Assembly (NCBI GenBank): GCA_965247655.1
Contig: OZ252032.1
Coordinates: 1,477,101-1,541,100, forward strand
Direction: 5' to 3'
DNA: 64,000 bases
From: Candidatus Poribacteria bacterium
GTDB taxonomy: Bacteria; Poribacteria; WGA-4E; PCPOR2b
Shown here: piece after piece, positions 35,694 through 45,328 of the stretch
How the letters are laid out: every line of letters starts with the position of its first letter
Position numbering within the stretch: the first letter of the stretch is position 1
Position numbers and translations under genes: made by a program
Notes under the pieces: generated by a model
What the model saw: only the letters and a program-made list of their open reading frames with translations
What the model was told of the DNA's origin: nothing
Database searches by the model: none

Positions 35694-38033
35694 TTAATCT
35701 ACTGATTGGCTCAGTTGTTCAATTGCCCATTCGCACCGTTCAATCCAATCTTCTGCACGGCGAATTGTTCCGAGGGATAGCGTACTATCGGCAGCGATCC
35801 GGCTAAACGGCTCTATAGCATCTTCATATTGTCCAAGCCGATACGAGTTCACGCCGATAAGCCTTATATTTTCGATGGCTAATTTCTGGTGTGGTAGTCC
35901 CAAATCAGCGGCCTTCAACAGATATTGGTTTGATGCAGCATACTCCTGATCAAAGTAGAGTTGTCGCCCTATCAAATAGTGTCCCAATCCCCACTCCGGC
36001 AACGCACTAACTACTTCGTGGAGCAGTGTCATCTTGAGTCGGTTTGACGGTTGACCGATGAGGACTTGCCTGACTTTATTCTCCGCATCAGGCGAGTCGA
36101 GGGCAAGTGTTGCGAGCTTGGCTTGTGACTCTCGGTCAAGGGCATCAGAAGTGTGAAGTGTAAAAACCTCCTGATACTGTGAAAGGGCCTCCTCACGCTC
36201 CCCTCGCTGCCAATAGACGTTCCCCTTCACATTTTTCGCCTCCGCAACCCGGTTCATACTAGCTTCGGGGTGTGCGATGATTCTCAATACCCACTCCAAG
36301 GTTGAAGGGTAATCTTCGGTTCGATAGTGTGCATACATGAGTCCGCGTAGATGGCGCGGATTATCTGGATCAAATTGGTAGACCTGTTCAAACAGGCGAA
36401 TCGCTGTGCTCATATCCGTTCGGTAATACGCTCGCCACGCATCGGAAGAGAGTTGAGCGATTTCATGGGCGCACGGTTTCTGGAAGACACTTGGACGGTT
36501 GAAACGGTGTGCCGCGATTGCCAGATCCGCTTCCGTCAGCGGAACCGTTTCCAGAAAACCCCTCCATTCTCGTTCAAGTTCTGCTAAGGATTTACTGTAA
36601 ACCTTCTTAAAGTTCCCTGTTGGAAAGACGCGCCTAGCCTTTTCAACCCCATATTTTTCAATGAGAAAGCGGACAAAAGAACCCGCTAACGTATAACTCT
36701 GTGATGAGGATTGCCCCCAAAAACCGAGCCCCATGATCTGGCTCATCATCGGGGCAATTTCCAACTGTTGCATCGCCCGACTCCACTGATGCGCTGTCAA
36801 TTTTCCTTCATCCCAATCAGCGGCAACGGCGATCCCTTCATGCATCCCAATTTTGAGGCTCACCTTCAGAATCGGATGCCAATCCGCGGTCAAAACGTGT
36901 GCTAACTCATGCTTCATGACGGGATGGGGGAAATCCTCGTAGTTGATATGAAAGCCATGTCCAAGCGGATCTTCAACTGATGTGCCTCGCGCTCCTACGA
37001 GTCGCTTCTTCTGTTCGGACGAAGTGTAAATATAGGATTGAACCTTCTTGGTGGGTTCTATCTGGAAGTAACGGACTAACTGTGCATAGCGAAACTCGTG
37101 ATCTTGCGCAATCCACTCAATCTCTTTCTCAACCTTCGATCCCTTCTCGTAGTAGATTTTGAAATGCGTGGTCTCTTCCAGTCCACCTAATTTGTTTTCG
37201 ATATATCCTCGTGTTGGACGCAATCCTAACTCTCCGCAAAACAGGTAGATTAGCCCAAACAGGATTATCAACACGATGAGGCGAATTCGATGGTTCAGGT
37301 CTGCAAATTGCGGCTTGAATCGGTACAGTTTTTGCCAATAGAGGGTCGGTTCTAATCGGGTGTGTCTTCCGATCTCCAATGTGTTAATCGCAAGCGACAG
37401 AAAAATCCACGCCAATAGCAGCGTTGTACCCCGCGCGATTAATAGGGTGCCGGATATTACGATACGCTCGTCATAGATGGGGCCCGGGAAGTAGCCGAAG
37501 GTTGAGTGGTAGCCGAAAACAGGTGGGTGAAAAATGAGGTTATAGGCAAGAGCAAGGAGTGTAACAAAGATATAGCCAAGATAAGCGAGATACGCTATCC
37601 AACGTCGCTTCAACCATAACCCAAAGAACACGCCCAAGGCAGTGGCATAAACACAGCTGACGACGGGCAAGAGGAGAAAGAAGGCGAACCCCTCCAAAAA
37701 ATCGCAATTTTTAACGCGGAAGGCATTCAATAAAATGATGATTAGCGGTGCTACAAACAATGTCAGGTTGACCCCAAACGCTCTCCAGAAAGTTGACATA
37801 ACCATCTGAGCGGCGTTGCCTCTCAACGATTGTGTGCGCTGTCTCAAGTTTCTCACACTCGTCACAGCGGTATACGCCCCCGCAAATGAAATCCCGAAAG
37901 CTAGGACCACACAAAATTCAAACGCGAGGAGATTAAGCAGGGGGGTATTTGCAAGAATTAACGCCAAGAGCGTCAACGCAACGAACCAGCACCAATAAGA
38001 AAGGGATTTGAAGGTCATGCCTGTTCTCGCCAA
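35694..38033 (-). CDS. Polytopic membrane protein with a central HExxH (peptidase-MA-like) motif and C-terminal TPR repeats
   Basis: The N-terminus carries about 10 transmembrane helices. The zinc motif is VMKHELAHVLTADWH…MHEGIAVAAD. The C-terminal third consists of TPR-like repeats. Confidence 0.6.
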   Translation of the reverse strand: MARTGMTFKSLSYWCWFVALTLLALILANTPLLNLLAFEFCVVLAFGISFAGAYTAVTSVRNLRQRTQSLRGNAAQMVMSTFWRAFGVNLTLFVAPLIIILLNAFRVKNCDFLEGFAFFLLLPVVSCVYATALGVFFGLWLKRRWIAYLAYLGYIFVTLLALAYNLIFHPPVFGYHSTFGYFPGPIYDERIVISGTLLIARGTTLLLAWIFLSLAINTLEIGRHTRLEPTLYWQKLYRFKPQFADLNHRIRLIVLIILFGLIYLFCGELGLRPTRGYIENKLGGLEETTHFKIYYEKGSKVEKEIEWIAQDHEFRYAQLVRYFQIEPTKKVQSYIYTSSEQKKRLVGARGTSVEDPLGHGFHINYEDFPHPVMKHELAHVLTADWHPILKVSLKIGMHEGIAVAADWDEGKLTAHQWSRAMQQLEIAPMMSQIMGLGFWGQSSSQSYTLAGSFVRFLIEKYGVEKARRVFPTGNFKKVYSKSLAELEREWRGFLETVPLTEADLAIAAHRFNRPSVFQKPCAHEIAQLSSDAWRAYYRTDMSTAIRLFEQVYQFDPDNPRHLRGLMYAHYRTEDYPSTLEWVLRIIAHPEASMNRVAEAKNVKGNVYWQRGEREEALSQYQEVFTLHTSDALDRESQAKLATLALDSPDAENKVRQVLIGQPSNRLKMTLLHEVVSALPEWGLGHYLIGRQLYFDQEYAASNQYLLKAADLGLPHQKLAIENIRLIGVNSYRLGQYEDAIEPFSRIAADSTLSLGTIRRAEDWIERCEWAIEQLSQSVD

Positions 38034-38459
38034 TAACGTAGATTGCGTATCTGGAATCGTAATAAGTCGTTACAAACTTATTTAATGCAGAAAAAACAGT
38101 GGGTAACGAGTAATGCGTAAAATCTTTTCTTTCTATATTACGGTTTACGCATCACATATTATGTATTCGGGATTCAAAGCAATATGCCGTAACCACTGCA
38201 TGTCGTAAGAGTTGTGCAAATTCGGCACAGCAGCCGTAGGGGCGAGGTTCCCTCGCCCGTGCCCCCAATGGGTTAAGTTGTATCCACATACCAACAGAAA
38301 GTGCAAAACCACCCATACGGGTATGCAGTGGATTTGGCAATCCACTGCGAGCAGCGTTGACTCGATTTAGCTTCCATTCCCCGGCTTGCAACGTTTCCTA
38401 TAAGTGGCAACTTGGTTTATTTTAGCATAGCTTGGGGGAAAACCCAAACAATTCTTGCC

Positions 38460-38489
38460 TTGACAATCAGCTATGGAATCATCTAATAT
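38460..38489 (+). promoter_or_regulatory. Putative sigma-70 promoter: TTGACA, an 18-nt spacer, then TAATAT
   Basis: It lies ~30 nt upstream of the ppx RBS GAGGAG. Confidence 0.4.
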
Positions 38490-38518
38490 TTTGCTATACA
38501 TAGACATGAGGAGAAGAT

Positions 38519-40093
38519 ATGGAAAGCACTACGCTTGCCGCAATAGATGCTGGATCCAATGCGATTCGGCTAAAAATTGTTGAAGTAAAAACTGATGGGA
38601 CTATTGAGGAGCTCTATCAACATCGGGCACCCGTCCGTCTGGGGCACGAAGTTTTCTTGACTGGGTTTCTAAACGATGAGGCGATCGAAAAAGCAATCGA
38701 GGCGTTTGGTGAGTTTCGCCAAGTCATTGAGGAGATGAAGGTCCATACCACGCGCGCTATTGCGACTAGTGCAACACGCGAAGCCATCAACGGCGATAAC
38801 CTTGTAAACCGTATCTACAATAGCTCCGGTGTGCAGTTGGAACGTATCTCCGGCGGCGAAGAAGCACGGCTTGTCCAACTCGCAGTGACTCGCAAGGTCG
38901 ATATCCAGAATAGGGTCGCCCTAGTCATCGACATCGGTGGAGGGAGTGTTGAATTTGACGTCATTGATCACGGCTCAATTATCTACTCCAACAGCCTTCG
39001 GTTGGGAACTGTGAGGCTGCAGGAGACCTTCCTGCGAACGGATACCATTTCAGATCTACAGATTCTGTTGCTCAGAGCGTACATGGAGCAGCTACTCGAA
39101 ACCACCCTAGATGCCATCAATAAATACGATATTGACATAGTGCTTGGCACCGGGGGCAATGTCGAAGCACTCGGGCGGCAGCTTGGTGTGTTGGATCCAG
39201 ATAACAACGAGTTCTCCAGAGACGTTCGTTTTATCCCACTGCGGGATTTTCAACGCTTTGTCAGAGAGATTTCGAGACTCAGTGTACAGGAGCGTAAGGA
39301 GCGATACGGTATGGAGCCGGATCGTGCGGACGTTATTTTGCCCGCAGGTCTCGTTCTCACAGAGGTGGTGAGCAATGTGATTGGGGCGAGGGGGCTTTAT
39401 GCCGCAAATGTTGGACTCAAGGACGGGTTACTTGCCGAGATGGCGGATCGCCACCGGAACTCATGGGACGTAACCTCTGAAGAAACAGAGATTATCAAAG
39501 CTGCAATAGCACTTGGCAATAAGTATCACTTCCATTTGGGACACGCCAAACAGGTTCGCTACTTGGCAGAGTTGCTGTTTGATCAACTGCAACCCATTCA
39601 TCACCTGTCTTCAGAATCGCGGATGCTCCTGAGTGTGGCGACAGCACTTCATGAAATCGGTGGGTATGTCAACCCGTTGTCACATCACAAGCACTCCTAC
39701 TACCTGATACGAAATTCGGAGATCGTTGGACTCAATGAACAACAGCTTGAACTGGTTGCCAACATCGCCCGCTATCATCGCAAGGCATTTCCCGATCCGA
39801 ACAAACCTTCCCATTTTCATTTTCAGAGACTCTCGTATACTGAAAAAGAGCAGGTGACCCGGTTGGCTGCTATCTTGCGGATTGCCGATGCCTTAGACCA
39901 TCAGCACAAATCAATTGTTGAAGATCTGAAAGTGAAGATTTTTGATGACGCTATTGAAATTGATGTGCGATCGTTCGACGACTGTCTATTAGAAAGATGG
40001 CATCTTCAAGAGAAGGGAGAGTTGTTTGTCCATACATTTGGACGTTCTATCCGTCTACTAGTGAATGGGAAAGCGGGTGAGCGGATTGATTAA
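38519..40093 (+). CDS. ppx: Ppx/GppA-family exopolyphosphatase or guanosine pentaphosphate phosphohydrolase with a C-terminal HD domain
   Basis: The ASKHA-fold N-terminus is AAIDAGSNAIRLKIVEV…IDIGGGSVEF. The HD domain is LHEIGGYVN…HHKHS. Confidence 0.85.
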   Translation: MESTTLAAIDAGSNAIRLKIVEVKTDGTIEELYQHRAPVRLGHEVFLTGFLNDEAIEKAIEAFGEFRQVIEEMKVHTTRAIATSATREAINGDNLVNRIYNSSGVQLERISGGEEARLVQLAVTRKVDIQNRVALVIDIGGGSVEFDVIDHGSIIYSNSLRLGTVRLQETFLRTDTISDLQILLLRAYMEQLLETTLDAINKYDIDIVLGTGGNVEALGRQLGVLDPDNNEFSRDVRFIPLRDFQRFVREISRLSVQERKERYGMEPDRADVILPAGLVLTEVVSNVIGARGLYAANVGLKDGLLAEMADRHRNSWDVTSEETEIIKAAIALGNKYHFHLGHAKQVRYLAELLFDQLQPIHHLSSESRMLLSVATALHEIGGYVNPLSHHKHSYYLIRNSEIVGLNEQQLELVANIARYHRKAFPDPNKPSHFHFQRLSYTEKEQVTRLAAILRIADALDHQHKSIVEDLKVKIFDDAIEIDVRSFDDCLLERWHLQEKGELFVHTFGRSIRLLVNGKAGERID

Positions 40094-40116
40094 TGATATG
40101 GTTCTTCAGCTGCTCA

Positions 40117-41514
40117 TCATTCGTCTCGAGGGATCAGATCCAAGCAGACCAGTCGATCTTTTCCACGGAGGTACAGAAACCCATTTGAGAGAATCGGTGC
40201 CGCCCAAGCCGGGTATCTAATCCGTTCTCCGCCATGTTCGTCGGCGAGTTGGACTTGGGACACAACCTCCAGTTTTTCAGGAGTGGGACGAATCAGGGTC
40301 AATGTGCCAAATTCACCCAAACTTATGAAGTGTCCGTCTGCATAGAGCAGCGATCCGCGTTCATCAACACGATGCGACCAAACCACCTTTCCCGTTGGTA
40401 ACTCGACACAGCGCAGCTCGCATCCTCTGGAATGCCGACCGCTGTAACCGTAGAGATAACCTTTGTGGTGGATGGGTGTGTTCCAATGCAGCTGCATCGC
40501 TTTGTTGCGACGACGCTCGGAATCTTTCCACACCACCTTGTATCCGCCCGGACGAACTTTCAGCAGCGAGCTACCCGGACCGTACGTCTCACTGATAAAC
40601 ACCAGATCGCCAACGACCACCGGGTTGGAAGCGTTGACAGATTCAAACTTTTTAGCACGCCACGGGTAATGGAAGTCCACCGTTCCAGTGCGAGGTTCAA
40701 AGCCAATCAAACCGCCACGGGCAAAGGTGAAACCCCATCGGCGACCGTTGATTGTCGCAAGCACCGGAGTAGTATAGCTTGCTAGTTCATCGGTGATCTG
40801 ATAGACAACTTCGCCGATCCACTTGTTGAAAGCGACGATACCGCTTCCGTTTCCTTGGACGGGATCGCGGGTGCCGAGTAGGGTTCTGGCACGCCCCGGC
40901 GGTGAGCCACCAATCTGAACAATCAACAATTCACCTTCGACCACCGGGGCAGATCCGACACCGAAAAAGTTCTGGACGACGTGAAATTTAGCGGCGGTGT
41001 CCACGCTCCACAACAGTTTTCCATCTGCAACAGCCACACAGTGCAACATGCCTTCGGGGCCGAAAATGTAGACACGGTTTCCATCAACGACCGGACAGGT
41101 TCGCGGTCCGTTATTATAGCCGTACAGGTCTTCGTAGTCCGTTGGATACTCAAATCGCCACAGTTCATCGCCGGTCTTGCTTTTCATGCAGGTTAGGCGA
41201 GCCAATCTACCGTGGCGATCGAACATGAACAATCGTCCTTGGGAAACGGTTGGCGCACCGTAGCTGGTCCCGATCTCCTTGTCCCAAACGACGGGCGGGC
41301 CCGTCGGGGACCACGAGGTAAGGAGAGACGTTTCAGGGGATTTGCCGTCGCCTGTTGGGCCCAAAAAGCGACCCCAATCGCTACCGGATTTGCGTGTACG
41401 GAGATCTGGCGGCTGGACTTCTGCACCCGTCTCTTGAGCACCGTGCAAACTAACTGTGACCAATATCAAGACAAACACCAAACAAATGAAACCTATCAAT
41501 TTCGTTTCCATCAA
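40117..41514 (-). CDS. Secreted PQQ-like beta-propeller repeat protein (BamB-like fold)
   Basis: The protein has a signal peptide and a transmembrane segment. It contains repeated motifs of the form …G.L.W… (WRF/WSV/VVW), typical of PQQ-propeller blades. Confidence 0.7.
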   Translation of the reverse strand: MMETKLIGFICLVFVLILVTVSLHGAQETGAEVQPPDLRTRKSGSDWGRFLGPTGDGKSPETSLLTSWSPTGPPVVWDKEIGTSYGAPTVSQGRLFMFDRHGRLARLTCMKSKTGDELWRFEYPTDYEDLYGYNNGPRTCPVVDGNRVYIFGPEGMLHCVAVADGKLLWSVDTAAKFHVVQNFFGVGSAPVVEGELLIVQIGGSPPGRARTLLGTRDPVQGNGSGIVAFNKWIGEVVYQITDELASYTTPVLATINGRRWGFTFARGGLIGFEPRTGTVDFHYPWRAKKFESVNASNPVVVGDLVFISETYGPGSSLLKVRPGGYKVVWKDSERRRNKAMQLHWNTPIHHKGYLYGYSGRHSRGCELRCVELPTGKVVWSHRVDERGSLLYADGHFISLGEFGTLTLIRPTPEKLEVVSQVQLADEHGGERIRYPAWAAPILSNGFLYLRGKDRLVCLDLIPRDE

Positions 41515-41568
41515 CTATCCCCTCTTTGAGTGCCAAAGAGTATAAGCATTCCGTCACTAGGAGAAAAG

Positions 41569-42675
41569 ATGCAGATTACAAATATCGAACTGATTCCAAT
41601 CTACTCGACTCGCGAAATGGGGCGAGCCTATCCTTCCAATTCGGAGAAGGCAATCTCGCACCACATCATCGTTCGTCTGCGAACCGATGCCAACATTACA
41701 GGCTTAGGCGAGATGTCGGATGTCAACTTTGACCTCACTCCGGAGGCGGTTAATGGGTTAGCCACTCGTTTAGAGCCGTTGCTTGTCGGACGCAGCCCGC
41801 TTGATCTGACCGCAATCCAAGTAGATCTGGAAGAACAGGAGTGGGAGCATCAGGTACTCGCAGGGATTGACATCGCGCTACACGATGCCATCGGTAAGGC
41901 ACTGGACGTGCCAATCTACCAACTATTCGGTGGCAAATACCGCGAACGGATTCCCTTCGCCTATCCTCTCGCTCCGTGCCAGATCGAAGCGGATATAGAA
42001 GCGAATTTGCAGCGCATCGAAAAATTGCAAGACCAAGGGCATCCAACAATCCGTTACTATTTCGGTATCGACCTGACGTTGGACGAACGGTTCCTTTCGG
42101 AACTCCGGCGGCGTTGGGGGAACGGGGTCGAGATTAACGCCCTAGACGCAAGCGGACGGTTTGATGTGGAAACGGCGATTGACGTCATCGGTCGCTTTGC
42201 AGCCTTTGAGCCGAATCTTGTTGAATCCCCTGTAAAAGGGCGTCAGAACGCCCCGGTCGAGGACTTTATCGCGGTGAAACAAGCTGTAGATGTGCCGATT
42301 AGTGAGCATTCGTCGGAAGCCTCCGTAGCCGTCCGGCTAGCACAGCACGAAGCGGTAGATATTTTCAATCTCGGCGTGGGTTATTCAGGGATGACTGCTT
42401 GTCAGAAGACGTTTGGGTTGGCTGAACTGTTCGGCATCAAGACGCTGTTAGGCAGTACCGTGGAACTCTCCATCGGCACCGCAGCGCGGGCGCATCTTGC
42501 CGCGGCGATGCCCAACCTAGATTTTCCGTGCTATCCTTCGGGACCATTGGTTTATTACGAACAGGTTGTCAGGGAGCGGGTGCGTTACGAAGAGGGACAT
42601 ATCATCGTCCCAGAGGGTCCTGGACTAGGGGTGGAGCTGGATGAAGAACGGCTTGCTGCACAGCGATTGTGGTGA
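41569..42675 (+). CDS. Enolase-superfamily (MR/MLE) enzyme
   Basis: The sequence is LIPIYSTREMG…IDIALHDAIGKALDVPIYQLFGG. An RBS AGGAGA precedes the ATG at 41569. Confidence 0.8.
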   Translation: MQITNIELIPIYSTREMGRAYPSNSEKAISHHIIVRLRTDANITGLGEMSDVNFDLTPEAVNGLATRLEPLLVGRSPLDLTAIQVDLEEQEWEHQVLAGIDIALHDAIGKALDVPIYQLFGGKYRERIPFAYPLAPCQIEADIEANLQRIEKLQDQGHPTIRYYFGIDLTLDERFLSELRRRWGNGVEINALDASGRFDVETAIDVIGRFAAFEPNLVESPVKGRQNAPVEDFIAVKQAVDVPISEHSSEASVAVRLAQHEAVDIFNLGVGYSGMTACQKTFGLAELFGIKTLLGSTVELSIGTAARAHLAAAMPNLDFPCYPSGPLVYYEQVVRERVRYEEGHIIVPEGPGLGVELDEERLAAQRLW

Positions 42676-42803
42676 GTCTCAGCAGGTCAATTTCCCAAAA
42701 TCGACGGTTCGGTGTCGAGATATGAATATAGACCTACAATCAACTCAACCCGTATGGTTTAGGGTTCCAACCCGCGTTGGTCAATGGGCGAGGGGACCTC
42801 GCC

Positions 42804-42950
42804 CCCCGATAAATCGGGATGCAGCACCTACGATTACGGACAGTTTCACATAAATGTCAACAGAACCTAGTTGATGGATTAGGCGTTAGGGATCAACGCA
42901 ATAGTCAGGAATCGGAATTCCCTCTCCGTTCCGATCCCGATTTATCGGGG
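42804..42950. repeat. MITE-like element. A perfect 17-bp inverted repeat, CCCCGATAAATCGGGAT paired with ATCCCGATTTATCGGGG, brackets 113 bp.
   Basis: The repeat arms are at 42804-42820 and 42934-42950. The element lies in a 380-bp gap between convergent genes. Confidence 0.4.
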
Positions 42951-43057
42951 AAGCCCGATCTACGGGTGTGGTGATTCGCTCTGGCTACACACATGTCGCC
43001 CCGCTGGGGTTAAGAGGTTATGGCATACGGAGTATGCCTAGCCTACTACTTATTATA

Positions 43058-43966
43058 TCATTCCACAGGCGCAATGACGGTCAGTCCACGTTCAACTATT
43101 TCAATGGTCGCAGGAGTGTAGCAGATTCGTTCTCCGTCCGCGTAAAGGAGTATCGGCGGATCTGTTTCGATGGTCAGCGACTTTGTGCGGTGCATCCGGA
43201 CTGCGCGATGTCCGGCATGTCCTCCCCAGAAGAGGGTGAAAAGCAAGCGCAAAACGGTTCGATGGGGGACAGGTTCAATAATACATACATCGAACAACCC
43301 GTCATCTATGACTGCCCCCGGCACGATTTTCATCCCACCGCCATAACTGGATGTGATGCCGGTGGCAGTCAGAAGGATTTCACCTTCGTAGGAGCCGAAA
43401 TCTCCTTCAAGGCGAGCCGTGGGGGATCGATAACTAAAAAGCGTCGTGATTGCCGTATAGACATAAGACGCTGTCCCAGAAAAAGGCGAGCCTTCCTCTG
43501 TAACGCGCCGACTCACTTCAGCATCATACCCGCATGTTACAATCGTATCGAAATAGTGATCTCCGATTTTGCCGAGATCAACCTGTCGTGTAGTCCCTTC
43601 CGATAACACTCCGATGGCATCCACCGGCTTTGTAGGAATCTTCAACGCCTCCGCGAAATCATTTCCCTTCCCGCACGGCAGAACCCCAAGCACCACGTCC
43701 GGCTTCTCCGCAATCGCGTTGACCACCTCGTGAACTGTACCATCGCCGCCACATGCGATAATCCAGTGCGAACCATTTTCAATAGCCTCCTGTGCAATCC
43801 GGTTTGCGTCACCGGACTGAGTGGTCAACTCCAGTCGTCCCGTGTGTCCTTCAGCCGTGAGACGCTGAAAAGCTTGTTCAGCGACTGCAGCCGCTTTGCC
43901 TTTTCCTGAAATTGGGTTGGTGATTAGTACAAATTCTCGATATGGATGTTGTGTGCTGGCTGACAT
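43058..43966 (-). CDS. Diacylglycerol/lipid kinase of the YegS/BmrU family (DAGK catalytic domain)
   Basis: Motifs FVLITNPISGKGKA and IIACGGDGTVHEV are present, and the C-terminal half is Gly-rich. Confidence 0.8.
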   Translation of the reverse strand: MSASTQHPYREFVLITNPISGKGKAAAVAEQAFQRLTAEGHTGRLELTTQSGDANRIAQEAIENGSHWIIACGGDGTVHEVVNAIAEKPDVVLGVLPCGKGNDFAEALKIPTKPVDAIGVLSEGTTRQVDLGKIGDHYFDTIVTCGYDAEVSRRVTEEGSPFSGTASYVYTAITTLFSYRSPTARLEGDFGSYEGEILLTATGITSSYGGGMKIVPGAVIDDGLFDVCIIEPVPHRTVLRLLFTLFWGGHAGHRAVRMHRTKSLTIETDPPILLYADGERICYTPATIEIVERGLTVIAPVE

Positions 43967-44023
43967 TGTGGTCTCTCAAAGATTTGCAACGATCAACAGA
44001 TTGATTGCCAACGTCCATTGTCC

Positions 44024-45037
44024 CTATTCTTCAAGCAGATCCGCGACGTTGACAGCTGTACCGGTACTTGCAGCGTCGCACGTTGCTTGACAGAGGGCAA
44101 GCGTTTGAAGATTATTCCTGCCTGAAATACCCGGTTCAACCCCGTCGCGGATATACTCTCTTAATGCCTTGAGCACAAGCTGTTCGCTGCGTGGTAAAGA
44201 CAACGGTTCGATCGTTTCAGGTTCACCACCGCCCGTCGGTTGAAATTCGATTCCTTCCACGTCGTACGCTCGGAGTGTGCCCCCATCCATCTGCATACGC
44301 AGGTGATATGAACTGTTCTGGGCACAGTGCGTTAAGCCGTAATTGCATACCATCCCGCTTTCGTACTCAAGGATCGCATAAACGCCTGAGTCATAGGGAT
44401 ATCGACTCCAAGGCGGGTTGAAAGTCCGCGCAGTCACTGTTTTGACCGGACCAAACCAGAAGTTGAGGTTATCAAAGTGGTGACAACTCATGTCCCAGAT
44501 CATCGCATTGAGATAGTTCAGTGTGCGTGGGTTCGGGCGATAGCGGTGGTGAATAAGATCAACAATCGCGGGCGTGCCGCAAGTTCCCTCACCAAGGATC
44601 CCCTTTATCGTCTGTTGCAGCGGCTGATAACGATAATTCTGCGCCACACAGAATCTGACTCCGCTCTCCTCCCCCTCCTTGACCAATTGCTTCGCCAAAG
44701 CGAGATCGGTTGTCATCCCCTTTTCGACAAGGACATGTAAACCGGCTTCAAACCCCATCCGCGCGAAAGGGGCATGCGTCGCTGTTGGGGTACAAATTAA
44801 TGCAGCATCGGCATCGACCACTTTGGCTGCTTCTTCGAGGCTTGAGAAACAAGCAGATTTTCCTAGTCCTGCTTTCTCGCGTGCGCTTTGGAGGACAGCC
44901 TCATCGACATCTACTAAGGCAACAGGCTCCCAATTTGGATCGGCTACCACAACATCAATGGGCCAGGTGCCTCTACCGCCCGTGCCGACGTGAATAGATC
45001 TTAACGGTTCATCTTTCATGCGAGTCTCCCGTGACAT
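44024..45037 (-). CDS. Gfo/Idh/MocA-family oxidoreductase
   Basis: The sequence is IHVGTGGRGTWPI…HVLVEKGM. The start codon lies inside a copy of the TGGGAGTATGTCA motif. Confidence 0.8.
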   Translation of the reverse strand: MSRETRMKDEPLRSIHVGTGGRGTWPIDVVVADPNWEPVALVDVDEAVLQSAREKAGLGKSACFSSLEEAAKVVDADAALICTPTATHAPFARMGFEAGLHVLVEKGMTTDLALAKQLVKEGEESGVRFCVAQNYRYQPLQQTIKGILGEGTCGTPAIVDLIHHRYRPNPRTLNYLNAMIWDMSCHHFDNLNFWFGPVKTVTARTFNPPWSRYPYDSGVYAILEYESGMVCNYGLTHCAQNSSYHLRMQMDGGTLRAYDVEGIEFQPTGGGEPETIEPLSLPRSEQLVLKALREYIRDGVEPGISGRNNLQTLALCQATCDAASTGTAVNVADLLEE

Positions 45038-45328
45038 ACTCCCAAGTATAAATGCTTGAGAGTGTCAGAAATTGCTTTCAAAATCCGACGGTTTACAAAT
45101 TCATTTTAGCAGATTTGCAGACAGGTGGCAAGCGAAACTGAGGTCCCCGTACATTTCGCTTGATTTGGGATCGGCTTCATGATAAGATAGCGGAACTTTC
45201 CGGACATTTCCGATCTTTCCCAAGACACAGCTGCTTCAAAATTCGGATCTTGACGCAACATCGATGAACTGCATCAATCGCACAGGTGTAACCGTATAGC
45301 ATAAATACCAGAAGGAGATTGGTCTTAG

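Noticed and set aside
38285-38400. Possible RNase P RNA or SRP RNA, suggested by ACCAACAGAAAGTGCAAAACC and CACAGCAGCC
   Set aside because: Neither strand contains the universally conserved GGAAAGUCCGGGCUCC (RNase P) or the GGAA-tetraloop domain IV of SRP RNA, so the resemblance is only local.
45038-45060. The TGACATACTCCCA motif next to the Gfo/Idh/MocA gene, taken as the end of another IS605 element
   Set aside because: No CCCTAAAGG hairpin follows it. Here the motif simply overlaps the RBS and ATG of the gene, so it may be a fossil terminus or a coincidence.
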